Of a DNA stretch of 43,826 bases, positions 5,970 through 15,166 are shown piece by piece. The stretch's first letter is position 1. Each line of letters begins with the position of its first letter. Below the pieces are notes generated by a model. The model searched no databases and was not told where the DNA came from. It saw only the letters and a list, made by a program, of their open reading frames with translations. A program made the position numbers and the translations under genes. Source of the DNA: Litorilinea sp. (GTDB lineage Bacteria > Chloroflexota > Anaerolineae > Caldilineales > Caldilineaceae); NCBI GenBank assembly GCA_040880365.1, contig JBBDIO010000059.1, positions 1-43,826 on the forward strand, given 5' to 3'.

Positions 5970-7958
5970 CTACTGGCAATCGGCATCCAGATAGGCAAAA
6001 GCCGCGCTATAAACGTTCAGGCAGGTATAGCCAGCCGCCGTGCCCACGATGGGGCCATCGGCCAGGCTATGGGCAATGCGTATGGGCGAAGTATCCGCCG
6101 CCAGATAGAGACTGCCGGTACTGCCCGTGAAGGTTGAATTGTGGATATTCGAAGTGGATACCGACGCGTTGTAGAGACCATAGTTGAGCGCGCCATCCGC
6201 GCCGTCTGCGCGCACAGCATCGAGGTAGGCAGTGCTCGACTGATTGAAAATCGCATAATTGTCGCTATCGACACCCGAGGCCGACGCCCGTACATCGAGC
6301 AGAGTGGGCGTCGCGGTCACGTTGGATAGGCCGCGATTTGTGCTATCCGCGCCGGTGGCAGTCGCCACGACATGGCTCATCACCACCGAGCCGGGCTGGG
6401 TATGGATGCCATAATTGGTCGCATTGTCGCCCACGGCCGTGGCGGTCACGTCTACCATTTCGAATGAACTACTGCTATTGCTGACGCCACGATTGCTCCC
6501 CCCATCGCCAAACGCCAACGCGGTGACGCCATGCATTAGCGGGGCCGCGGATGTATTGTGCACAGCATAATGGGTGCCCGTCGCACCCGAAGCCGTGGCA
6601 GACACCTGGCGCATCTCTGGGGAACTCTCCTGGTTATAGACGGCATAGGCTACATTGGCAATGGCCGTCGCCGCCACATGGTGCATGACTGTGTGATTCG
6701 TGCCTACGGTATGCACCGCGTAGCTGGATTCAGAACCTTGGGCGCGGGCGGTGACGTGCAGCAACGTGGGCGACGCATTCAGGGTGTAGATGCCATAGGT
6801 GGTATTACTGGCCCCCTGGCCGCGGGCCGTCACATGCAAAAAACGCAAGGTGGCGGGCGGTGTATCCTGCACATGAATTGCGCCCACGTAGCCCACGTCT
6901 GTGCCCAGAGCTTCGACCGTCAGAAACCGCACTTCGGCAGTGATGGCGCCGGTGGCGCGCAGGGTGGCGCTGCTGTTGTCGATGGCAGGCTGCGTCGCGC
7001 TGCCGCTGACACTGCGCAAAGTGGTGACATCTGTGCCGCTGCCCTCGATATCTACATAGGCTTTGAGATCCACCGTTTCCGTATAGACACCTGGCCCGAT
7101 TCTGATGAGATAGCGATTTTCGGCGGTGGCATCAGTGATAGAACTCAGCGCGTCGGTCACACTGGTAAAATCTGCGCCGCTTTCCGATACCCAAATCACC
7201 CGTGCGGGTTGGGGTGCCGGTTCGCCCGGTTCCCCTTGTTCACCTTGCGTCCCCTGCTCCCCTTGTGGTCCCTGCGCACCCTGTAATCCCGGCGCGCCCT
7301 GGGGACCCTGTTCACCCTGTGGACCCTGTGGTCCTTGCGGGCCGGGAGGTCCGGTGCTGGCATCGACGCAGACCCACGCCGTGCCGTTCCACAGGAGCAT
7401 TTGATTTTCGGTGCACGTATCCGCCAGCATGACCAATCCGGCGGGCATGTTGGTGATCTGCGCCCAATCCACGCGCAAGGCCGTCGCCGCGGTGCCTGCA
7501 TAGAGCGCATAGGGCGTGGCAGTCAGCGGTTGGCGCGGCGCGAGCCGGCGATAACTCTCGGCATCCGTACCATCGTCGGCACAGCGCACCCCGATTTCCA
7601 GCCAGCGCGCCGCGCCATCAAAGGCACTCGCGCCAAAGTCCAGCGTGACCGTGAACAAGCCATCGCGCACGGTCACACCGGGGGTTTCGATGGGCGCACC
7701 CACCACGGCCCCGGCCCCCAGCGCGTCGTACAATTCAAAACGAAAGTCACAAATACCCGCCACCGGGCCGTCGGCATTGGTCAGCTGTCCCTGATAGGTG
7801 AAACGACTGCCCAGATTTTGGGCATGACCACTGGCAGCCTGCACATCGACGGTGCCCATGCTCACGAAAATGCCCCACACGAGCAAAATCAGCGCGCGTC
7901 TCCACACCAAGCCGTTGCCCGATAGTTTTCTCCATGTCCGGTCCCTTGCTTTCAACAT
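5970..7958 (-). CDS. secreted collagen-like triple-helix repeat protein with C-terminal beta-helix (pectin-lyase-fold-like) domain
   Basis: Signal/TM segment [20 protein letters not shown]. The N-domain (FTYQGQL...FRFELYDA...LFTVTLDFG...RWLEIGVR) resembles N-domains I recall from fibre-like proteins. Fifteen uninterrupted G-X-Y triplets follow. Then comes [11 protein letters not shown]...[14 protein letters not shown] and about 10 coils of a ~23-aa repeat (V-T-A-x-A-x-G-x-x-x-x-N-Y-G/A-I/V-x-N). Confidence 0.85.
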   Translation of the reverse strand: MLKARDRTWRKLSGNGLVWRRALILLVWGIFVSMGTVDVQAASGHAQNLGSRFTYQGQLTNADGPVAGICDFRFELYDALGAGAVVGAPIETPGVTVRDGLFTVTLDFGASAFDGAARWLEIGVRCADDGTDAESYRRLAPRQPLTATPYALYAGTAATALRVDWAQITNMPAGLVMLADTCTENQMLLWNGTAWVCVDASTGPPGPQGPQGPQGEQGPQGAPGLQGAQGPQGEQGTQGEQGEPGEPAPQPARVIWVSESGADFTSVTDALSSITDATAENRYLIRIGPGVYTETVDLKAYVDIEGSGTDVTTLRSVSGSATQPAIDNSSATLRATGAITAEVRFLTVEALGTDVGYVGAIHVQDTPPATLRFLHVTARGQGASNTTYGIYTLNASPTLLHVTARAQGSESSYAVHTVGTNHTVMHHVAATAIANVAYAVYNQESSPEMRQVSATASGATGTHYAVHNTSAAPLMHGVTALAFGDGGSNRGVSNSSSSFEMVDVTATAVGDNATNYGIHTQPGSVVMSHVVATATGADSTNRGLSNVTATPTLLDVRASASGVDSDNYAIFNQSSTAYLDAVRADGADGALNYGLYNASVSTSNIHNSTFTGSTGSLYLAADTSPIRIAHSLADGPIVGTAAGYTCLNVYSAAFAYLDADCQ
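7218..7352 (-). repeat. collagen-like (G-X-Y)15 coding repeat
   Basis: Residues 203-247 read [45 protein letters not shown]. Confidence 0.9.
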
Positions 7959-8068
7959 ATTTTTTCCTTTATAAAACCTGTATAAGCACGGGTAGCAGCA
8001 AGATATTTATTTCAAGCACAGCCCCCAGGGCAGAAAGGCGCAGCTAAATCAGAAGGCTATCCCCGGGC

Positions 8069-8086
8069 CGTTTAGAAAACGCTCAC
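8069..8086. promoter_or_regulatory. 18-bp element CGTTTAGAAAACGCTCAC, copy 2
   Basis: It is an exact match to 5558-5575 and lies 111 nt upstream of the collagen-like gene start at 7958. Confidence 0.5.
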
Positions 8087-8102
8087 GCCGCGTAGCGGCC
8101 CA

Positions 8103-8146
8103 CAGGGCAGCAAACCAGGCTTCGGCCTGACTCGATTCCTGCCCTG
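8103..8146 (-). terminator. nested GC-rich hairpin downstream of icd (possible terminator, no clear U-tract)
   Basis: The outer stem pairs cagggcag (8103-8110) with ctgccctg (8139-8146). The inner hairpin is caggc-ttcg-gcctg (8116-8129). Confidence 0.35.
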
Positions 8147-8168
8147 AATATATGCCCTGTAATCCTAA

Positions 8169-9644
8169 CTATTCGCCCTGTCCCAATGAATAGCCCAGTT
8201 GCCCGTCGAACGTGTAGAGATGTTCCGTCTTGATCACCTCATAGCCGCCGGCATGAATCGCGCCCAGCAATTCCAGCACCGCGGGAAACGTGGTAGGGCC
8301 TTCGGCACGCGGTAGAAAACGACAGCGCCAGTGGTCGGTATGATACGTTTCGGGCAATCCGCGCGGATAGACCATAATGCCCCGATTGGAGATCATCACC
8401 AGCCGCCACCCGGCAGGCGTAGCCGCTTCCAGGCCCTGTCCCAACACATCCGCATTGCGCTCGGCCTCGTCCCAATCCAGAAAAACATCGATGCCCACCA
8501 GCTTTTTCTCGGCATAGGGCGATTCGGTGGGCGGGACGGTAATTCTGCCCGACCGATATTGGACGGGCTTCAGATAGGCAGGCTGTTCGCCCAGCCGTTC
8601 GATCACCCCATCGGTAAATCCATCGGTGCCCACTTCGCGCGTGCTCAGGCCGGGACGATACATATCCGCGGTGTGAATGCCATCTTCCAGGGTGCGCAGC
8701 CAGGCATTATTGATGCGCTCGGCAACTTCGCCCTGCCCCACATGCACCAGCATTTGGGTGGCCGCCATGAGCAGCCCCGACGGATTCGCCACCCGTTTGC
8801 CTGCGATATCCGGCGCGGAGCCGTGGACGGCTTCGAACATTGCCACATTGGGGCCAATATTCGCCGAACCTGCCAACCCCACCGAGCCTGCTACCTGCGA
8901 GGCAATGTCCGACAGAATATCGCCATAGAGATTGAGTGTCACAATCACATCGAAGCGTTCGGGCAAGGCCGCCAGCCGCGCCGCGCCGATGTCGATAATC
9001 TGGTGCTCGCTCTCCAGTTCGGGATATTCCTGGGCAATCTCATCGAAAATCTGGTGAAACAGCCCATCGCCCAGCTTCATAATGTTGTCTTTGGTCATAC
9101 AGGTCACTTTGCGCCGCCCATAGATGCGGGCATATTCAAACGCATAGCGGATGATGCGCGCCGAACCCGGATAGGTGATGAGCTTGAGCGTTTGCACCAC
9201 ATCCTGGGTTTGGCGATGTTCGATGCCCGCATAGAGGTCTTCTTCGTTTTCCCGGATAATCGTGAGATTCATACCCGGATGCTGGGATGCTACAAAAGGC
9301 GCATAAGAAATCGACGGGCGCACATTGGCATAGAGATTGAGTCCCTTGCGGATGGTCACATTCAGGCTCTTATAGCCTTTGCCCTGGGGCGTGGTAATCG
9401 GCGCTTTGAGCATGACCCCGTTGTTGCGGATACTTGTCCAGGCTTCGGGCGCAATCCCCGACGAGTGGCCCGCTTTGTAGATATGCTCGCCGATTTCGAT
9501 GGTGTCATAGCGGAGCCGCGCATCGGCAGCTTCTAAAATGCGCAATACCGCTTCCATGATCTCGGGGCCAATGCCATCACCGTGGGCAACTGTCACAGGG
9601 GTTAATTGAGCTTGGTCATGCATTGGAGCGCCGCTAACGGTCAT
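8169..9644 (-). CDS. icd: isocitrate dehydrogenase (isocitrate/isopropylmalate dehydrogenase family) with ~140-aa C-terminal extension
   Basis: Motifs present: GDGIGPEI, KSLNVTIRK, RENEEDLYAG, DNIMK, NLYGDILSD, HGSAPDIAGK. The AAGGAG Shine-Dalgarno site abuts the first ATG (9650), so the second ATG (9644, 6-nt spacing) is the more likely start. Confidence 0.9.
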   Translation of the reverse strand: MTVSGAPMHDQAQLTPVTVAHGDGIGPEIMEAVLRILEAADARLRYDTIEIGEHIYKAGHSSGIAPEAWTSIRNNGVMLKAPITTPQGKGYKSLNVTIRKGLNLYANVRPSISYAPFVASQHPGMNLTIIRENEEDLYAGIEHRQTQDVVQTLKLITYPGSARIIRYAFEYARIYGRRKVTCMTKDNIMKLGDGLFHQIFDEIAQEYPELESEHQIIDIGAARLAALPERFDVIVTLNLYGDILSDIASQVAGSVGLAGSANIGPNVAMFEAVHGSAPDIAGKRVANPSGLLMAATQMLVHVGQGEVAERINNAWLRTLEDGIHTADMYRPGLSTREVGTDGFTDGVIERLGEQPAYLKPVQYRSGRITVPPTESPYAEKKLVGIDVFLDWDEAERNADVLGQGLEAATPAGWRLVMISNRGIMVYPRGLPETYHTDHWRCRFLPRAEGPTTFPAVLELLGAIHAGGYEVIKTEHLYTFDGQLGYSLGQGE

Positions 9645-9890
9645 ATCCATCTCCTTAATAAAATGGCAATTAGAAAATTTTTTGCGAAAATGCGATGCCT
9701 ACGCGCGTGTATCGAGTGTGCCCGGCCTGGCTGACGGGTTGGGCGCGCCGGCGTTTCACCTGCGTTTCCCCCGCGCGGACGACAGGAACCCCTGCAATTC
9801 TACTATGCAACGGAGATGGTCTCAACCAATCGCCAACACCGAAAGGGCGAGCGGCGAGGCGTGTAAACCGCGCGCCCGATTAAACGCGGA

Positions 9891-9919
9891 TTGACAGAGT
9901 GCCGGGTAATTGGTAGGAT
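9891..9919 (+). promoter_or_regulatory. candidate sigma70-type promoter (TTGACA - 17 nt - TAGGAT)
   Basis: The -35 TTGACA is at 9891-9896, followed by a 17-nt spacer and the -10 TAGGAT at 9914-9919. It would give a ~700-nt leader before the ABC operon. Confidence 0.35.
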
Positions 9920-9965
9920 GGTTATCGTTCTGCGTACAATCTGTTCCCACACTCTACCTTTCAAT

Positions 9966-9995
9966 TTGGCAAAGTATCAGTTGGCAAAGTACCAG
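9966..9995. repeat. 15-bp x2 tandem duplication (TTGGCAAAGTAYCAG)
   Basis: 9966-9980 and 9981-9995 are 14/15 identical. The region is non-coding. Confidence 0.9.
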
Positions 9996-10334
9996 CCAAA
10001 TGTTTAACCGCTGCGCTCTTGTCAATCTTCGCCAGGCAAACGCGGCAAGGTGTGTTACTGGCATATTCTTATTACCTGCTGTGCAAGGCTTTTATCTGAA
10101 GGCAGTGAACTGACGAGTGATATTACCCCAAACCCGCGCCAGTGTGCACAATGCGCACACAATGCATTTCCGCATTCGCCACGCATCGGATTGTCCCAAC
10201 GCACATTTGCAATTTGCCATAGAGCCTCAAATCCAAATTCTATTGTAAAAATTCATTGCAGCAGGTGACAGGCATAACGAGTTTTGGCGCAGATATCCTG
10301 GCGCAAGGATGACGGGATTCCCCTTCAAACATCG

Positions 10335-10386
10335 ATAGTTATATCAATAGTTATATCAATAGTTATATCAATCGGTAGTTATATCA
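10335..10386. repeat. 12-bp tandem repeat ATAGTTATATCA x3 plus a fourth copy after a 5-nt spacer
   Basis: Perfect copies lie at 10335-10346, 10347-10358 and 10359-10370, with tagttatatca at 10376-10386. It is AT-rich and sits ~236 nt upstream of the binding-protein start codon. Confidence 0.9.
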
Positions 10387-10621
10387 GCGGTTTATAAAGT
10401 TAGAATCGGTGATTTTTAGTCGCTGTGGGTCAAACAGGCAAGTCTCCCTGACCCATGCCATAGTGACGTTTAGCAGGTACCAGTTCGCCAGCATTATGTG
10501 TCGCACTTTCGGTGCACATATGTGTCTCAACTCTGTCAGGATCATACGCTGCCATGCAGATGGCAACGGATGGATCGGGCAGAGCGAATCCCAATTCAGG
10601 AACCCATCAGGAGGAAATGCA

Positions 10622-12745
10622 ATGCAACAACTACGACGTTGGATGATTTTGCCGCTCGCGCTGGTCGCGGTCATGATTCTGGCCGCATGTGGCGGCGGAT
10701 CGGGCCAGGAACCGGCACCACCGAGTGGTGATACAGATACACCCGCAGCCGAAGAACAACCGGCCGGCGAAGAACCCGCGGCAGCCCCTGGCGGGTCGTC
10801 GGCCAATGATGAATATCTGGCGGCGCGCGAAGCCTGCACCTGGGACAATCGCTGCTGGCCCGAAATCATCGACACGATTCCGGAGTCCTTCAACGAAGCG
10901 CCCATGCTGGCGGAAATGGTCGCCAATGGCGATCTCCCGCCCGTCGAAGAGCGCCTGCCCGCCGAACCGCTGGTCATCGAACCGGCGGAAATGATCGGTG
11001 AATATAGCGGCACCCTGCGCCGCGCCTTCACCGGCCCTGGCGACCGCCAGAACGGCGAACGCTGGGTCAACGACTACACCATCTTCTGGGATCCCAGCGG
11101 CACCGTAGTTGTGCCCCGCCTTGCCAAAGACTGGGAATCTAACGAAGACGCCAGCGAGTGGACCTTCTATCTGCGTGAAGGCAGCCGATGGTCGGATGGT
11201 GAACCTTTCACCGCCGACGATTATATGTTCTGGTATGAACATATTCTGCTCAACGAAGATCTGACCACTGCGGTCCCCAGCTATCTCAACTGGGGTGGCG
11301 ATCTGGCTGTGATGGAAAAGATCGACGACTACGCCTTCAAGATCACCTTTGCCGCACCCTTCCCGTCGTGGCCCACCCAGATGGCTTCGTCCAACGTAGG
11401 TGGACATCTGCACAAGGGCCAGGCCGGTGGTAATGGCGGCAATCTCTATGCGCCCGCCCACTATCTGGAACAGTTCCACCCCGACTTCATTGGTCAGGAA
11501 GAGGCCGACCGCCTTTCCACAGAAGCCGAGTATGAAAGCTGGAACCTGCATTTCCTCTTCCGCAACGACCCGCAGATGAACATGGAAGTACCGGTCATGT
11601 CGCCGTGGAAACCCATCTCGCGCATTGCTTCGGATGAGTATACGCTGGAACGCAACCCCTATTTCATCGGTGTGGACAGCGCAGGCAACCAGTTGCCCTA
11701 CTATGACCGCATCTCCATGGAATTGGTAGAAGAGCTGGAAGTGCTGAACCTGCGCGCGATTGCGGGTAACTACACCATCCAGGGTCGCCACATCAACTTC
11801 GGCTCCCTGCCCGTCATTCGTGAAAATGAAGAAGCAGGCAACTACTTCGTCGATTTCTGGAGCAGCACAACCCGCCATCCTGTCAAGGTTGCCTTTAGCG
11901 TAGACTGGAACGAAGATCCCGAAATTGCCGAATATACCGTAGGCAGCCTGGACTTCCGCAAGGCGCTTTCGCTGGCAATTGAACGCGAAGAGATCAATGA
12001 AACCTTCTTCCTGGGTGTGGGCCGCCCCGCCTCGTTCTGCCCCGCCGGCGTGCTGCCCTACTTCAACAGCGACCGCTGGGACGAAGAATTTGGCCGCTTC
12101 GACCCCGAAGAAGCCAATGCTCTGCTCGATTCGATTGGGCTGGAAGAGCGTGACAGCGAAGGCTACCGCCTGCTGCCCAGCGGCGACCGCCTGGTCTTGC
12201 GCGCCGATGCCGTGAGTGGTTCGTTCCTCGACTATCCCGCGATTGGTGAACGCATTTCCCAGATGTGGCGGGAAAATGTGGGCGTCCAGTTGCAGATCAA
12301 CCCCGTGGAACGCAGCCTGTGGATTGAACGCAACCAGGCCAATCAGTCGATGATGAATATCTTCGAGACGGGTGAATTCAACCCCGCCGTAGTCGACCGT
12401 CTGATTCCCAGCGAACGCTGGGGACCGGTGGCCGATGTCTGGGGCGCTACGCCGAACCCGGACCCGGCAGACTATGACGGCCCGCAGTGGGTGAAGGATA
12501 TGGTCGCCAAGCATTGGGAAGCCATGCAGGAACCGGATCCGGATCGTGCCCTGGAGCTGTTCATCGAAGGTACCGAAATCATGTGCGACAACAGTGCGCG
12601 CATCGGTATCGTGGTCGATATTCCTGTCTATACCACGCTGATCAAGAAGAACGTGCGTAACGTGACCAAGCCCATGGAATGGATTGTCTATTCCCAGACG
12701 CCTGGCAACGGTATGCCCGAACAGTTCTTCGAAGTTTCGGAATAA
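10622..12745 (+). CDS. ABC transporter substrate-binding lipoprotein, family 5 (peptide/oligosaccharide/nickel type)
   Basis: I chose the start at the ATG at 10622, with an AGGAGG Shine-Dalgarno site at 10609-10614. Signal peptide with lipobox: MQQLRRWMILPLALVAVMILAAC. Ser/Pro/Glu-rich linker. The remaining sequence has the typical length and composition of a family-5 SBP body. The ORF-track start at 10409 is rejected. Confidence 0.9.
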   Translation: MQQLRRWMILPLALVAVMILAACGGGSGQEPAPPSGDTDTPAAEEQPAGEEPAAAPGGSSANDEYLAAREACTWDNRCWPEIIDTIPESFNEAPMLAEMVANGDLPPVEERLPAEPLVIEPAEMIGEYSGTLRRAFTGPGDRQNGERWVNDYTIFWDPSGTVVVPRLAKDWESNEDASEWTFYLREGSRWSDGEPFTADDYMFWYEHILLNEDLTTAVPSYLNWGGDLAVMEKIDDYAFKITFAAPFPSWPTQMASSNVGGHLHKGQAGGNGGNLYAPAHYLEQFHPDFIGQEEADRLSTEAEYESWNLHFLFRNDPQMNMEVPVMSPWKPISRIASDEYTLERNPYFIGVDSAGNQLPYYDRISMELVEELEVLNLRAIAGNYTIQGRHINFGSLPVIRENEEAGNYFVDFWSSTTRHPVKVAFSVDWNEDPEIAEYTVGSLDFRKALSLAIEREEINETFFLGVGRPASFCPAGVLPYFNSDRWDEEFGRFDPEEANALLDSIGLEERDSEGYRLLPSGDRLVLRADAVSGSFLDYPAIGERISQMWRENVGVQLQINPVERSLWIERNQANQSMMNIFETGEFNPAVVDRLIPSERWGPVADVWGATPNPDPADYDGPQWVKDMVAKHWEAMQEPDPDRALELFIEGTEIMCDNSARIGIVVDIPVYTTLIKKNVRNVTKPMEWIVYSQTPGNGMPEQFFEVSE

Positions 12746-12813
12746 CGGGTTGACCCGTTCAACTCTACCGTTATCCAGTTTTAGGTAAGTTTGTCATGTA
12801 AGCAGGTGTGCGA

Positions 12814-12866
12814 GGGCGCAGTCAATCCCAGGTCATGTGCAGTGTAACCGGGTATTGGCTGCGCCC
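12814..12866 (+). terminator. intrinsic terminator/attenuator hairpin after the binding-protein gene
   Basis: gggcgcag (12814-12821) pairs with ctgcgccc (12859-12866). The stem extends inward with bulges and is followed by the T-rich tgcatttttctatttt. Confidence 0.6.
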
Positions 12867-12897
12867 TGCATTTTTCTATTTTGCGACGATTGTATTT

Positions 12898-12946
12898 CTG
12901 CGGCAGAATCGGATGCTCGCCGGGCGAACGTCCGATTCTGCCGCAG
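12898..12946 (+). promoter_or_regulatory. perfect 16-bp intercistronic stem-loop 25 nt upstream of the permease start
   Basis: ctgcggcagaatcgga (12898-12913) pairs with tccgattctgccgcag (12931-12946) around a 17-nt loop. There is no U-tract. Confidence 0.6.
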
Positions 12947-12970
12947 ATGCGCCCAATGAGGACGTAAACA

Positions 12971-13954
12971 ATGCTGGGTTATTTAGTCAAACGTGTGTGG
13001 TATGGAATCATCGCCATCTTTGCGGTTTCCATCCTCTCTTTTGTGATTATCCAATTGCCCCCCGGTGACTATGTCACCTCGTATATCGCCAACCTGGAAA
13101 CGCAGGGGGTCCAGGTGCGCGCCGACGAAGCCGCGGCCATCCGCGCTCAATATGGCCTGGGACAACCTATGTACGTCCAATATGGCCGGTGGATGAGCCA
13201 GATTGCCAATGGCAATCTGGGCATGTCGTTCCAATATCGTATTCCCGTCACCGAAGTCATCGGCGAACGGCTCCTGCTCACCATCGTGCTGGCATTGGGC
13301 AGCGTGATATTCATCTGGATCACCGCCATCCCCATCGGGATCTTTTCGGCAGTGCGCCAGTATTCAATTCAAGACTATGTCGCCACAACAATCGGTTTTA
13401 TTGGCCTGGCCGTGCCCGATTTCCTGTTGGCTTTGGTCCTTATGTATTTCGCCTGGGACTGGTTCAATTTCAGCGTGGGTGGGCTGTTTTCCGCAGAATA
13501 TGCCGTTGCGCCCTGGAGTTGGGGGCGCATTGTAGACCTGGTGCAACACATGATTATTCCGATCATCGTGTTGGGCACATCGGGCACGGCCTCGCTGATT
13601 CGCATTACGCGGGCCAATTTGCTGGATGAACTGCGCAAGCCCTACGTGGTAACCGCCCGCGCCAAAGGCATGTCGGAATGGCGCCTGATTATGAAATATC
13701 CGGTGCGTCTCGCGCTCAACCCCATCATCAGCCTCACGGCCTACATTCTGCCCTTCATCGTTTCGGGCAGTATTATCGTTTCGGTCGTGCTGAGCTTGCC
13801 CACCCTCGGCCCTGTGCTCTTGCGTTCTCTCCTTTCGCAAGACATGTTTTTGGCAGGGTCCATCATTCTCATGATTGGGGTCATGACCGTCATTGGCACA
13901 TTGCTTTCCGATATCCTCCTAGCCATTGTCGATCCTCGAGTCCGGCTGCAATAA
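12971..13954 (+). CDS. ABC transporter permease (DppB/OppB-type)
   Basis: Typical N-terminus MLGYLVKRVWYGIIAIFAVSILSFVIIQLPPGDY, multiple TM segments, and the EAA-like loop region ITRANLLDELRKPYVVTARAKG. Confidence 0.9.
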   Translation: MLGYLVKRVWYGIIAIFAVSILSFVIIQLPPGDYVTSYIANLETQGVQVRADEAAAIRAQYGLGQPMYVQYGRWMSQIANGNLGMSFQYRIPVTEVIGERLLLTIVLALGSVIFIWITAIPIGIFSAVRQYSIQDYVATTIGFIGLAVPDFLLALVLMYFAWDWFNFSVGGLFSAEYAVAPWSWGRIVDLVQHMIIPIIVLGTSGTASLIRITRANLLDELRKPYVVTARAKGMSEWRLIMKYPVRLALNPIISLTAYILPFIVSGSIIVSVVLSLPTLGPVLLRSLLSQDMFLAGSIILMIGVMTVIGTLLSDILLAIVDPRVRLQ

Positions 13955-13998
13955 CGGTCCTCTATCACAAGATGCGACACAGATAACGGTCAACAAGA

Positions 13999-15144
13999 AT
14001 GAATCACGAAACGGAAGAAAAAAACAGCTCGGTGGGGGCAACGGAAGATCGCTTGAGCGTCGCCTCGCAACGCCAGTTGATCTGGTGGCGTTTCAAACGC
14101 CATCGATTGGCACTCATCTCGCTGATTATTGTTGGGCTTTTCTACTTTTCCGCGGCAACAGCCGAATTTCTGGCAATCAGCGACCCGCGCGAAGGACGTT
14201 CGGCCCGTGCACTGGTGCCACCCCAGCCCATTCAATTTTTTGATGAGGGAACATTTCGCCCCCACGTCTGTGGGATCGAAGGCAGTCGCGATCCCTATAC
14301 GCTGGAACGCACCTATGAACGGGATTGCTCGCAAAAAACGGATATTCGGTTCTTTGCCGAAGGATTCGAATACACGCTCTGGGGCATCATTCCCAGCAAC
14401 CGGCATCTGATCGGCGTAGCCGACCCGGAAAACAGCCGCGCCGAAGAGACAATCTTCATACTGGGGACAGATGCGCAGGGGCGTGACCTCCATTCGCGCA
14501 TCCTCTATGGCACGCGCACCTCGCTCACGATTGGTCTCATCGGCGTAACCATGAGCCTGGCGCTGGGCATTGTGCTGGGGGGCATCTCGGGCTTCTTTGG
14601 CGGCATTCTCGACAACATCATCCAGCGCACCATCGAAATCATTCGCTCGGTGCCCACCATTCCGCTGTGGATGGGGTTGGCCGCGGCCATGCCCGATGGC
14701 TGGACGATTGTCCAGATCTACTTTGCCATTACCATTATCATTTCGCTCTTCGCCTGGACCGATCTGGCGCGCGTGGTGCGCGGCCGTTTCCTTGCCATGC
14801 GCGAAGAAGATTTTGTCACCGCCGCCGTGATTGCCGGCGCCAGTTGGAGCGGAATCATCTTCCGCCATATGGTTCCCTCCTTCTATAGCCATCTCATCGC
14901 CTCGGCGACGTTGGCAGTGCCGTTCATGATCATCAGCGAAACCGCACTCAGCTTTTTGGGTCTGGGGATGCGCCCACCCGCCATCAGCTGGGGCGTACTT
15001 TTGCAGGCCACCCAGAATGTACAGGCGATTGCCCTGACCCCCTGGTTGATGATTCCGGCAGTTCCGGTCATTGTCGTCATCCTGGCCCTGAACTTTATGG
15101 GCGACGGGTTGCGCGATGCGGCGGACCCGTATAGCGGCCACTAG
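13999..15144 (+). CDS. ABC transporter permease (DppC/OppC-type)
   Basis: N-terminal cytoplasmic segment plus TM, an extended periplasmic loop, GTDAQGRDLHSRILYGTRTSL, and a permease core including the RVVRGRFLAMREEDFVTAA motif. Confidence 0.9.
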   Translation: MNHETEEKNSSVGATEDRLSVASQRQLIWWRFKRHRLALISLIIVGLFYFSAATAEFLAISDPREGRSARALVPPQPIQFFDEGTFRPHVCGIEGSRDPYTLERTYERDCSQKTDIRFFAEGFEYTLWGIIPSNRHLIGVADPENSRAEETIFILGTDAQGRDLHSRILYGTRTSLTIGLIGVTMSLALGIVLGGISGFFGGILDNIIQRTIEIIRSVPTIPLWMGLAAAMPDGWTIVQIYFAITIIISLFAWTDLARVVRGRFLAMREEDFVTAAVIAGASWSGIIFRHMVPSFYSHLIASATLAVPFMIISETALSFLGLGMRPPAISWGVLLQATQNVQAIALTPWLMIPAVPVIVVILALNFMGDGLRDAADPYSGH

Positions 15145-15166
15145 ACCCAATTCATAGGGAAGCCAA

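Noticed and set aside
5561-5994. Competing ORFs overlapping the 104-aa gene (5561-5890 minus strand; 5610-5924 and 5716-5994 plus strand)
   Set aside because: They are Arg/Pro-rich with no Shine-Dalgarno site or signal peptide. Only the 5608-5922 minus-strand frame has a Shine-Dalgarno site, a signal peptide and the shared C-terminal tail.
5970-7958. Prophage tail-fibre interpretation of the collagen-like/beta-helix gene
   Set aside because: No phage structural, lysis, integrase or regulatory genes occur anywhere in the window. The gene has a Sec-type signal peptide and chromosomal neighbours (icd). It remains possible as ancient ancestry but is not supported here.
10335-10386. Possible CRISPR array or iteron-type origin, based on the 12-bp repeats
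   Set aside because: The units are contiguous with no spacers and are far shorter than CRISPR repeats. There are no cas genes, no rep or initiator gene, and no DnaA-box cluster nearby.
10409-10621. Upstream extension of the substrate-binding protein ORF (track start at 10409)
   Set aside because: The extension encodes a Cys/His/Arg-rich segment with no signal-peptide character. The ATG at 10622 has an AGGAGG Shine-Dalgarno site and is followed at once by a canonical lipoprotein signal peptide.
10631-12514. 627-aa minus-strand ORF antisense to the ABC substrate-binding protein gene
   Set aside because: It is a shadow ORF. The plus-strand gene has a Shine-Dalgarno site, a lipobox and operon context.
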